DNA of 64,000 nt from the NCBI GenBank assembly GCA_965228895.1, contig OZ245842.1:3552001-3616000 (forward strand), read 5' to 3'. Position numbers and translations under genes: made by a program. Below are positions 1-8,185 of this stretch, piece after piece. Position 1 is the stretch's first letter, and each line of letters starts with the position of its first letter. Below the pieces are notes generated by a model. That model was not told the DNA's origin. It did not search any database and saw only the letters and a program-made list of their open reading frames with translations. This DNA is from Alphaproteobacteria bacterium (GTDB lineage: Bacteria; Pseudomonadota; Alphaproteobacteria; SP197).

Positions 1-66
1 GACATGCCCGTGTCGCATCCGTTAGATTACGACCCTACAACCATTCATGTTGCAACGCGTCTTGCG

Positions 67-378
67 ATGAAACTTCCTGATGTCATCAACAAACGTCATC
101 TCAAGGGCGGTAAGATGCCCGAAGGCGCGCGCTATATCGGCCGCCCTTCGCGCTGGGGTAACCCCTATAAGCTCGGACGCGACGGCAACCGCGATGAAGT
201 GATGGATAAGTACGCCGAATGGTTGGCCGAACGTTTGCGTGATGAAACCTTCCGCAAGGAACTCGTGAAACTCTCCAAAGCGACGGCTTTGGTATGCTGG
301 TGCAAACCGGAGCGATGTCACGGCGACCAACTGGTCGAAGCGATGCGCGACTTGCTCGAAAACCAGGCGAAATCGTAA
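67..378 (+). CDS. DUF4326-domain protein
   Basis: YIGRPSRWGNPY and LVCWCKPERCHGD motifs are typical of DUF4326; ATG at 67 chosen. Confidence 0.8.
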   Translation: MKLPDVINKRHLKGGKMPEGARYIGRPSRWGNPYKLGRDGNRDEVMDKYAEWLAERLRDETFRKELVKLSKATALVCWCKPERCHGDQLVEAMRDLLENQAKS

Positions 379-419
379 ACATCGGGCGAATGCCGCCATA
401 GAACGTTGGAGACATCACC

Positions 420-1073
420 ATGCTGAAGGTCTGGGGACGCGCGACATCGTCCAATGTGCAGAAGGTCATGTGGGCGATCGGCGAGCTTGGCCTTGACCAC
501 GAGCGGATCGATCTGGGCGGACCCCATGGCGGTCTCGACACCGACGCCTACGGCAAACTCAATCCCAACCGCCGCGTGCCAACCCTGGAAGATCGCGGCC
601 GCGTGATATGGGAATCGAACGCCATCGTGCGCTACATCGCCGCTCAGTATGGCGCCGGCAGTCTGTGGCCTGAGGATCCGGGCGAACGTGCGCTGGCCGA
701 CATGTGGATGGACTGGGCGGCGACGACGATCCGCGACGACTACGTCACCGTTTTCTTTGGCCTGGTGCGTATCCCGCCGGAACATCGCGACATGGATGCC
801 ATCAACAAGGCCATCGTGCGCCTGAACGGAATCTACGCCAAGCTGGATGCACACCTGGCCGGCCGCGACTTCATCGCCGGCGACCGCCTGACCATGGGCG
901 ACATTCCCGCCGGCATGACGCTGTTCCGCTATTTCGACATGCCGCTCGACCGCCCGTCCCTGCCCAATCTGGAGGCGTGGTACGCCCGGCTTCAGGAACG
1001 GCCAGCCTATCGAGAGCATGTCATGGTGAGTTACGAAAGCCTGCGCAACGACACGATTCCGCAAAAGGACTAG
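420..1073 (+). CDS. Glutathione S-transferase (GstB/YliJ-like)
   Basis: WGRATSSNVQKVMW, LNPNRRVPTL, WESNAIVRY, GDRLTMGDI; GGAG RBS. Confidence 0.93.
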   Translation: MLKVWGRATSSNVQKVMWAIGELGLDHERIDLGGPHGGLDTDAYGKLNPNRRVPTLEDRGRVIWESNAIVRYIAAQYGAGSLWPEDPGERALADMWMDWAATTIRDDYVTVFFGLVRIPPEHRDMDAINKAIVRLNGIYAKLDAHLAGRDFIAGDRLTMGDIPAGMTLFRYFDMPLDRPSLPNLEAWYARLQERPAYREHVMVSYESLRNDTIPQKD

Positions 1074-1386
1074 GACAACTGTGGCGTGGCGTGGCGCGCC
1101 GCGATCCCGCCGGCGCTGCTCGAGACACGGGCACGCGTCATACGTGACGGCACCGATGCTTCGCTATGGAACGACCTTGCCTCAGAGATCACGGTCCTCG
1201 CCCGGTTGGCCTGAACCAAGATCGATCGTGGTCACGCTCAGGTCATAGGCTTCCGGCACAATCGTCTGTCGGTACTTGTTGGTCGGGCCTTCGTTGGGAA
1301 TAGCCGGCCGCATAGCCAACGCCTTCGTGTTGCGGGCACGACGGTGACCGGCCAGGATGGCGAGGAGACTTCAGGGGTTCCAGATC

Positions 1387-2424
1387 ATGCCGCTTTTGAC
1401 AACGACCATCGGCGCCTTTCCCAAACCCGACTACGTGCCGCGTCGCGCCTGGTTTCATGACGTTGCGGCGGTCGGTGAAGCAGATAGCGAAGGGCTCAGC
1501 GACGACGACATCCGCGCCATCCATGACCGCGCCACCGCTGACGTGGTGACCGCGCAGGCGGATGCCGGCATCGACATTCCGACCGATGGCGAGGTGCGCC
1601 GGGAAAACTACATCCACTACCATTGCCGGCACATGACGGGGTTCGAGCCTGAGACGCTGACCGAGCGCGCCATGCGCAATGGCGCCTGGGTTGACGCGGT
1701 GCCGACCTTCACAGGCCCCGTCAAAGCGACCGAGCCGTTCTTGCCGCGCGACTACCGCATCGCCCAGGCGGCGACCGACCGGCCGGTCAAGATCACCGTG
1801 CCCGGCCCCCTGACCATTTCCGATTCAACAGCCGACCTGCACTATGACGATGTCCGGGCCTGGTGCCACGATCTTGCCGATGCCCTGAACGCCGAGATCC
1901 TGGCGCTCGCCGACGCCGGTTGCCGCCATATCCAGGTCGACGAACCACTGTTCGCACGCCTGCCCGACCAGGCCCTGGATTATGGCGTCGAGAACCTGGA
2001 ACGCTGCTTCCACGGCGTGCCCAAGGGTGTGACACGCACCATGCACATGTGCTGCGGCTACCCCGACAAGCTGGACGAGACCGACTATGTAAAAGCCGAC
2101 CCTGAGATCTATCAGAGGTTGGCCGGCGCACTTGACGCCGCCGCCATCGACGCCGTGTCACTGGAGGACGCCCACCGGCATAACGACCTGTCGTTATTGG
2201 AAAAATTCGGTTCGACCAAGGTTATCTTCGGCGCCGTCGAGATCGCCTCGAGCCAGGTCGAACCCATCGAGCAGATCCGCGCCAGGCTGGAAAACGCGCT
2301 GCAGCATATTGATGCCGACCGGCTGCTTGCCGCGCCCGATTGCGGCTTGATCATGCTGGGTCACGACCTCGCCGTCGCGAAACTCAAGAACCTCACCGAA
2401 GCCGCCCACAACATCCCAACCTAG
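1387..2424 (+). CDS. Cobalamin-independent methionine synthase II family (MetE C-terminal half only)
   Basis: TTIGAFPKP, DIPTDGEVRR, IQVDEP, HMCCGY and PDCG Zn-ligand motifs. Confidence 0.88.
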   Translation: MPLLTTTIGAFPKPDYVPRRAWFHDVAAVGEADSEGLSDDDIRAIHDRATADVVTAQADAGIDIPTDGEVRRENYIHYHCRHMTGFEPETLTERAMRNGAWVDAVPTFTGPVKATEPFLPRDYRIAQAATDRPVKITVPGPLTISDSTADLHYDDVRAWCHDLADALNAEILALADAGCRHIQVDEPLFARLPDQALDYGVENLERCFHGVPKGVTRTMHMCCGYPDKLDETDYVKADPEIYQRLAGALDAAAIDAVSLEDAHRHNDLSLLEKFGSTKVIFGAVEIASSQVEPIEQIRARLENALQHIDADRLLAAPDCGLIMLGHDLAVAKLKNLTEAAHNIPT

Positions 2425-2577
2425 GCGATCCGGCCTGTGATGGCCGACACATTGCATTGACGCATGGCAGACCCACATATTCGGCAGTTCTCCAGCGGTG
2501 TCGGCCGCCCACATCATGGAGCCCTGGACGTTTGTTTGACGTCACGGTGACGGCTAGTCCAGCGAAAGGAGTTCGCC

Positions 2578-2730
2578 ATGAGCAAGTTCTTCAAGAAGCA
2601 TGATGCGAGCCACGCTCGCAACACGGATAAATATGACCAGCGCGACCACAACGGGTCGAACGGCGCGACCGTGACCGGCGCCCTGATCGAGACCGTGTGG
2701 AACCCGTTCTTCGTGCTTAGCCGCCGCTAA
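2578..2730 (+). CDS. Small protein, 50 aa, unknown function
   Basis: AAAGGAG RBS directly upstream of ATG 2578; MSKFFKKHDASH...VWNPFFVLSRR* with genome-like codon use; below the ORF-track cutoff. Confidence 0.55.
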   Translation: MSKFFKKHDASHARNTDKYDQRDHNGSNGATVTGALIETVWNPFFVLSRR

Positions 2731-2752
2731 GGCACATACCGACCGCCACATC

Positions 2753-2874
2753 CGCATCCCAGCCAAGTGCAGCGCGGACCGGGATCCATGAACACGGAAT
2801 CCGACGCGTTCGAGACGACCGTGCGAATGCGCTGCTGTCCGCGTTCATAGGCCCCGGATTAAGTTCGGGGTGCG
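2753..2874. repeat. ~122-bp REP/MITE-like intergenic repeat, copy 1
   Basis: Aligns end to end with the reverse complement of 24601-24722; terminal hairpins, e.g. CCCCGGATTAAGTTCGGGG. Confidence 0.8.
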
Positions 2875-2878
2875 AGGT

Positions 2879-3622
2879 CTAGGTGATCTCGGCCACCGGC
2901 AGGATGACCTCTGGCGCATCCGTAAAGACGGCATCGATGCCGCGCGCGAAGAGTGACCGGGCGGTCGCCGCATCGTTCACCGTGTAACAGACGACCTGAC
3001 GCCCGGCCGTCTTGACCGCGCGGATTTGCCGATCGGTCACATGTCGCGCCGAAAAGTGGACGGAGGTGCAGCCGAGCAGGCTGGCGCCCAGCGACCATTG
3101 CCAGCGCGACCGGCGCCACACGTTAAGCGCGGTCGGCAGATCCGGACGCGCCTGACGGAAGCCTAGAAGACATCGCAAAACAAAGCTTGAGACCAGCGGC
3201 CGCGGCCGACCGGGCGGCCAGGCCTCGTCCAGCGTCGCGCCGACGACACGGCCTGTGTGCCAGGCTTCGCCCGGGTTGGCCTTGACCTCGATATTGGGCC
3301 GCATGCCGAGGTCGTGAATGACGTCCAGCGCTTCGGCCAAGGTCAGGATCGTCTCGCCGGCAAAGCGCGCGTCGAACCATGACCCGGCGTCCAGCCGTTT
3401 CAGTTCGTTCACAGTCTGGGTGACGACCGGACCGGTGCCATCGCTGGTGCGCTCCAACGTATCGTCGTGCACCAGAACCGGCACACCGTCTTTCGACAGG
3501 CGCACATCGAACTCAACCCATTCCAGGCCGAAGGCGGCCGCCGCCTTGAAGCCGGCGAGCGTATTCTCCGGCGCATGCGCCGCCACCCCGCGATGGCCGA
3601 TAACGCGCGGCAGTTCGATCAA
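2879..3622 (-). CDS. ugpQ: Glycerophosphodiester phosphodiesterase
   Basis: IGHRGVAAHAPENTL, EFDVRLSKDG, HDDTLERT, NIEVK, YTVND. Confidence 0.88.
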   Translation of the reverse strand: MIELPRVIGHRGVAAHAPENTLAGFKAAAAFGLEWVEFDVRLSKDGVPVLVHDDTLERTSDGTGPVVTQTVNELKRLDAGSWFDARFAGETILTLAEALDVIHDLGMRPNIEVKANPGEAWHTGRVVGATLDEAWPPGRPRPLVSSFVLRCLLGFRQARPDLPTALNVWRRSRWQWSLGASLLGCTSVHFSARHVTDRQIRAVKTAGRQVVCYTVNDAATARSLFARGIDAVFTDAPEVILPVAEIT

Positions 3623-3630
3623 GCAGAGCC

Positions 3631-4794
3631 TCAGGCGATCAGGGCGTCCTGGCCGCGCTTGGCCAGGCTGTGGGCAATAATCATGCGTTGGATCTCCGAG
3701 GTGCCTTCCCAGATGCGGTCGACGCGCAGTTCCCTATAATAGCGTTCGGCGACATTTTCACGCATGTAACCGCGCCCGCCGAAAATCTGCACGGCGCGGT
3801 CGGCGACCCGGTTCGCCATCTCCGAGCAATAGAGCTTCGCCATCGAGCACATGGCGTGCTGCACTTTGACGTCTTCCTTGTCATCGATGGCTTGCGCCAG
3901 GCGATAGACCATCAGGCGCCCTGCCCACAGCTCCGTTACACAATCGGCGAGCGGGAACTGGACAGCTTGGTTTTCGAAGATCGGCTTGCCGAACTGGACG
4001 CGCTCTTGGGCAAACGCCGTGGCCTCGTCGATCAAGCGGCTCGCCGCGCCGCAGCAGCGCGCCGCGATGCCCAGACGCTCCTGGCGGAACCACTCGTACG
4101 TCCAGGTGATGCCGTTGCCCTCCGGGTCGATCAGGTTGTCGGCAGGCACCTTCACGTCCGAGAACTGCATGATCAGATGGTGCGAGGGATAGGTGTGGGT
4201 ATAGGCGGGTGTGCGCACCGTCTCGACGCCGGGCGTATCCTTGTCGAGATAGAAGAGCGCGTGCTGACCGTCCTCAAGCTTCGCCTGGAAGATAATGATG
4301 TCGGATCGGTTGGCGCCGGTGACGTGCCACTTCAAACCATTCAGCACATAGCCGTTGCCGTCCTTCCTGGCGGTTGCCTCGATCGCGTCGACATCGGACC
4401 CCGCGCCTTCCTCCGTGATCGCGTAGCACTCGTTCTTCGCGCCGGTGAGAAGGTCCTTCACGTAGTGCTCCATCTGATACTCGGTCGCGGTGTGCAGGAG
4501 AAACGGCGACATGTCGTGATAGCACCAGCCGAGCCCGTTGGTGGTGCGGCCGATCTCTTCTTGGATGACGGCGATCTCGATCATCGAGAGTTCGGCGCCG
4601 CCATGCTCTCTGGGGATCGACGGCATGAAGAGACCCATCGCTTTGGTCATTTCCTTATGCTTGGCGCGCACGTCCTCGGGGATCGCGCCGTCGTTCATCT
4701 CGGCATGGACTTCCCAGGGAATGAGCTCGCTGTCGACAAAGGGCCGCAGTTTCTTTTGCCACGCGCGGGCGGACTCGGGCAGCGGATAGGACAT
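3631..4794 (-). CDS. Acyl-CoA dehydrogenase
   Basis: AITEEGAGSD, RVQFGKPI, VQIFGGRGY, RIWEGTSEIQR. Confidence 0.95.
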   Translation of the reverse strand: MSYPLPESARAWQKKLRPFVDSELIPWEVHAEMNDGAIPEDVRAKHKEMTKAMGLFMPSIPREHGGAELSMIEIAVIQEEIGRTTNGLGWCYHDMSPFLLHTATEYQMEHYVKDLLTGAKNECYAITEEGAGSDVDAIEATARKDGNGYVLNGLKWHVTGANRSDIIIFQAKLEDGQHALFYLDKDTPGVETVRTPAYTHTYPSHHLIMQFSDVKVPADNLIDPEGNGITWTYEWFRQERLGIAARCCGAASRLIDEATAFAQERVQFGKPIFENQAVQFPLADCVTELWAGRLMVYRLAQAIDDKEDVKVQHAMCSMAKLYCSEMANRVADRAVQIFGGRGYMRENVAERYYRELRVDRIWEGTSEIQRMIIAHSLAKRGQDALIA

Positions 4795-4841
4795 GGTTCG
4801 CGCTCCTTGAGAGACGTTCGGTCAGTTCTCGTGTTTCGCGG

Positions 4842-6698
4842 CTACTCTGCGGCGTTCGCGAAGCCCTTCGCAAGCCGCGCGTTAACCTCGGCGACCGTTT
4901 CGTCGGCCGGCGGTGTCTCGAGCGACGCAACAGGCAGGCGCGCGCGAACCTGGTTGTGGAAGGCGGCCAGGCACACCTCCTTCTCGGAAAAGTAGCCGGT
5001 CGTGTAGGCGCCGGTGCCAAGGCCCTCCTGCACGCGCAGGACAAGCTGATCGTCCTCGTTCTGGACCTGACTGTTGATGCGGCTGTTGAGCCAGCGGCAC
5101 GCCTTGACCTCGCGCCGGTCATCGGCCAGCGCATAGTTGCGCGACCGCAGTACGCTTCTGCCCGGGCCTAGGGGCACGACCTGGAAGAAACTCACCTGGT
5201 CGGGGTAGATATCAAACGCCTGGTTGGGAAACAGGCTGTAATAGCTCCACGACCTCTGACGATCGGCTGGCAGGTGATCGAAGCGCGGCAGGTTACGCAT
5301 ATAGAGACCTTCCGCCCACTGGCGCGACGCCTCGTCGACCATGACCGAATGGGCCCGGGATGTCGCGTGTTCGTCGGTCGCAACCCAATAGTTCGAACCG
5401 AACATGCGGTAGAGACCGGGATGGCCGACATTGATGTGATAACCCTCCAGGTAGTTATCCATCATGTTCTTCCAGTCGACGTCGATCGGCGCGCCCTGCC
5501 AGCACGGATCGACCGGATGCATCTCAGCCAACCGATAGGGCGCCAGCTCGTCTTCGTAAGCGGCCAGCAGTTCGCCGACACGCGGGCCGCCGTCATCGCG
5601 CGCGCGCACAAAGACGAAGCCGTTCCACAAATCCATCTCGACCGGTTTCAAACCGAACTTCGTGATGTCGAGATCGGGAAACGTGTCTTTTGCCGGCATC
5701 GCCTTGAGGCTGCCGTCATAGGCATAGGACCAGCCGTGATAGGGGCAGACGATGTTGAAGCGGTTGTTGCCCTGGCGGCCCGGACACAGGCGCGCTGCGC
5801 GATGGCGGCATACGTTGTGGAAGGCGTTGAGGTCGCCCTGTTTGTCGCGGATCACGACGATGCGGCGGTTGGCGTAGTCGAGGGTCAGGTAGTCGCCGGC
5901 CTTTTCGAACTCTCTTCGATGGCCGACGATCTGCCAGGTCGTGTCCAGCAGATGGTCCATCTCCAGATCGAAGAAGCCTTCGTTCTTGTAGGTCCAGGCC
6001 GGCAGCGTCTTCGTCGCGCCTGCCGGTGACTTGGCAGGTGTGGCCGGGCGCACCGCCGCAAGCTCGGTGACCGAACCCGTCACGTCATCATTGAAGTCAT
6101 CGGGGAAGAATGCGGCGAGCACGTCGATGATCGCCCGGCGTACGTCGGTACGATCGTAGCTCTCGCCATAAAACAGAATGTCATACTGAAAGCCCTGCTG
6201 CATGGCGCTGACCGTGCGCGCGATGCGCGTGGCGTCCAGATGATCCAATCCGCGTGCGTCGATCAGCGCGGCAATCTGAGACGTCAGCTCGTCGTGGAAA
6301 CGTTTGTCCATGGCGCCGCACAGTTCACGATAGGTCTCGCGACCTTTGGCTTCGGCCAGGAAGGCGACCCAGGCCGCGGTGCGGTCGAGCGTCCAGTTGC
6401 GCGGATCGAGATCGGCGTCGACCAGCGCCAGAACGCGCGCGGCGGGGTCGTCGCCGGCGGCGGCCAGACGCGTCTGCCAGATCGCGACATAACCGTCAGC
6501 CAGGTAGCGCATGGTCTCCAGGAACAGCGCGTCCTTGCTGTCGAAGTAGAAGCCGACAATGCCGCGCGACAGGCCGGATTCGCGCGACACGTCGCTCAGC
6601 GTGGTGCGGGCGTAGCCCTGTTTGCTGATGGCGCGAATGGTGGCGTCGATAAGCTGCTGGCGCCGTTCGTCCTTGCGGTCGCGGGTGGTGTCGTCCAT
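4842..6698 (-). CDS. Fusion: N-terminal BetI/HpbR-like TetR regulator plus Rieske non-heme iron oxygenase alpha subunit (betaine/choline monooxygenase-like)
   Basis: HTH RRQQLIDATI...GLSRGIVGFYFDSKD; Pro/Ala linker; Rieske ligands CRH...CPYHGW; mononuclear Fe motif NYLEGYHINVGH and NED; one uninterrupted ORF. Confidence 0.88.
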   Translation of the reverse strand: MDDTTRDRKDERRQQLIDATIRAISKQGYARTTLSDVSRESGLSRGIVGFYFDSKDALFLETMRYLADGYVAIWQTRLAAAGDDPAARVLALVDADLDPRNWTLDRTAAWVAFLAEAKGRETYRELCGAMDKRFHDELTSQIAALIDARGLDHLDATRIARTVSAMQQGFQYDILFYGESYDRTDVRRAIIDVLAAFFPDDFNDDVTGSVTELAAVRPATPAKSPAGATKTLPAWTYKNEGFFDLEMDHLLDTTWQIVGHRREFEKAGDYLTLDYANRRIVVIRDKQGDLNAFHNVCRHRAARLCPGRQGNNRFNIVCPYHGWSYAYDGSLKAMPAKDTFPDLDITKFGLKPVEMDLWNGFVFVRARDDGGPRVGELLAAYEDELAPYRLAEMHPVDPCWQGAPIDVDWKNMMDNYLEGYHINVGHPGLYRMFGSNYWVATDEHATSRAHSVMVDEASRQWAEGLYMRNLPRFDHLPADRQRSWSYYSLFPNQAFDIYPDQVSFFQVVPLGPGRSVLRSRNYALADDRREVKACRWLNSRINSQVQNEDDQLVLRVQEGLGTGAYTTGYFSEKEVCLAAFHNQVRARLPVASLETPPADETVAEVNARLAKGFANAAE

Positions 6699-6753
6699 GG
6701 CCGATCTTCTCATGAATGGGAGTTTCTAAGGTGGTTGGAGGCTACCACAGGAG

Positions 6754-6773
6754 TTGGCTGAACGTCCAGCCAA
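6754..6773. promoter_or_regulatory. BetI-type operator palindrome
   Basis: TTGGCTGAAC-GTCCAGCCAA, a 20-bp dyad with 1 mismatch, in the divergent promoter region; the TGAACGTCCA core resembles BetI boxes. Confidence 0.7.
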
Positions 6774-6918
6774 AACTTGTCTGAAGGTTCAAAAGCGGCA
6801 CTTGTGAAGCGAGACGGTAAGTCTCTTTACATGTCACTCACGGGGTTCAGACTGCGGGTTACGGTTGTCGCCGCCGCCGGTGACGGCCGCCTAAAAAGCA
6901 AACATGGAGGCTGCCGTG

Positions 6919-8043
6919 ATGAGGATGGAACTCTCAGAATTTAAAGACCGACTCGCGTCGGGTTCGCTGACACGCCGCGAGATCAGCAAGATCCTGGCTT
7001 CGGTCGGTCTGGTGACGGTGTCGATGCCGGTGATCAAAAACGCCGCCCACGCGGCACCGACGATCCAGGTGTTCACCTGGTCGGGTTATGACGTGCCGGA
7101 GATGCACGGCGCCTATACCGAAGCCTACGGCGCCTCGCCGGAATTCCTGTTCTACGCCGACAACGACGAGGCGATCGAGAAGGTGCGCGCCGGTTACGCG
7201 CCCACCCTGGTGCAGCCGACCAGCTATATGATCGGCCGCTGGCGCGATGCTGGCTTGCTTGTGCCGATCGACACCTCAAGGCTCTCTTATTATCCCGACG
7301 TCTTCCCTCAGCTCACCGGCATCGGCGCGTTGAGTCATGACGGTCAGACCTATGGCGTACCGTTGGCCTGGGGCAACAGCTCGGTCCTGTTCCGCAAGGA
7401 TCTGGCGCCGGAATATGTCGACAATCCGACCTGGGAGATCCTTTGGGATCCGAAATATGCCGGCCGCCTCGCGCAGCGCGACTCGATGGATGCCGGCGTT
7501 CTTGAAGCCGCGCTGATCCTGGGCATCGAGGATCCCTACAACATGTCGGATGCGGACCTCGAACGTGTCCGCGAGAAGCTGGTCGAGCAGCGCCCGCTGC
7601 TTCGTTACTACTGGAACAGCCAGGCCGATGTTGAGCAGGCGCTCGCGTCGGGCGAGATCGTCGCCGCCTATGCCTGGAACGACGCCTACGCGTCCTTGAA
7701 GCGCGAAGGCCATGACGTCGGTTACATGATTCCGAAGGAAGGCATCCTGACCTGGGTCGACACGACGTGCATGATCAAAGACGGTCCAGGCGACGAGGCC
7801 GAGGCCTATGACTTCATGAACGCACTGATCTCGCCGGAGACCGGTGTCTTCCTGATCGAGGAGTACGGCTACGGTTCGGCCAACGCCAAGTCCTTCCCGC
7901 TCGCCAACCAGGAACTCCTGATCGAGCTCGGCATCGAAGATCCCGACAAGGTTCTGGAACTCGGCGAGTTCTTCGACGAGTGGAACCCGCAGGTACGCGA
8001 AAAGGCGAACATCATGTTCGAAGAGGTGAAGGCCGGCTTCTAA
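6919..8043 (+). CDS. PotD/PotF-family ABC substrate-binding protein, probable Tat export
   Basis: LTRRE twin-arginine signal; FTWSGY, PLAWG, AYAWN, PKEGILTWVD. Confidence 0.88.
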   Translation: MRMELSEFKDRLASGSLTRREISKILASVGLVTVSMPVIKNAAHAAPTIQVFTWSGYDVPEMHGAYTEAYGASPEFLFYADNDEAIEKVRAGYAPTLVQPTSYMIGRWRDAGLLVPIDTSRLSYYPDVFPQLTGIGALSHDGQTYGVPLAWGNSSVLFRKDLAPEYVDNPTWEILWDPKYAGRLAQRDSMDAGVLEAALILGIEDPYNMSDADLERVREKLVEQRPLLRYYWNSQADVEQALASGEIVAAYAWNDAYASLKREGHDVGYMIPKEGILTWVDTTCMIKDGPGDEAEAYDFMNALISPETGVFLIEEYGYGSANAKSFPLANQELLIELGIEDPDKVLELGEFFDEWNPQVREKANIMFEEVKAGF

Positions 8044-8076
8044 CTCGCCGGCCAACCCTTCGTTCAACGCCCGCAA

Positions 8077-8114
8077 GACCCCGCGGCCGAAATGGTCGCG
8101 GGGTCGTTCTTTTT
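8077..8114 (+). terminator. Intrinsic terminator
   Basis: GACCCCGCGGCC-GAAAT-GGTCGCGGGGTC followed by a T run. Confidence 0.8.
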
Positions 8115-8185
8115 CGGATGCGCCCGTGTGCGCGAACCTGCTATCAGGCGCGGCCATTTGCGGCTTAGCTTCAGGAACAACGCCC

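Noticed and set aside
1074-1386. Known SAM/cobalamin/SAH riboswitch upstream of the MetE-like gene
   Set aside because: No recognisable consensus; kept only as a weak novel-structure candidate.
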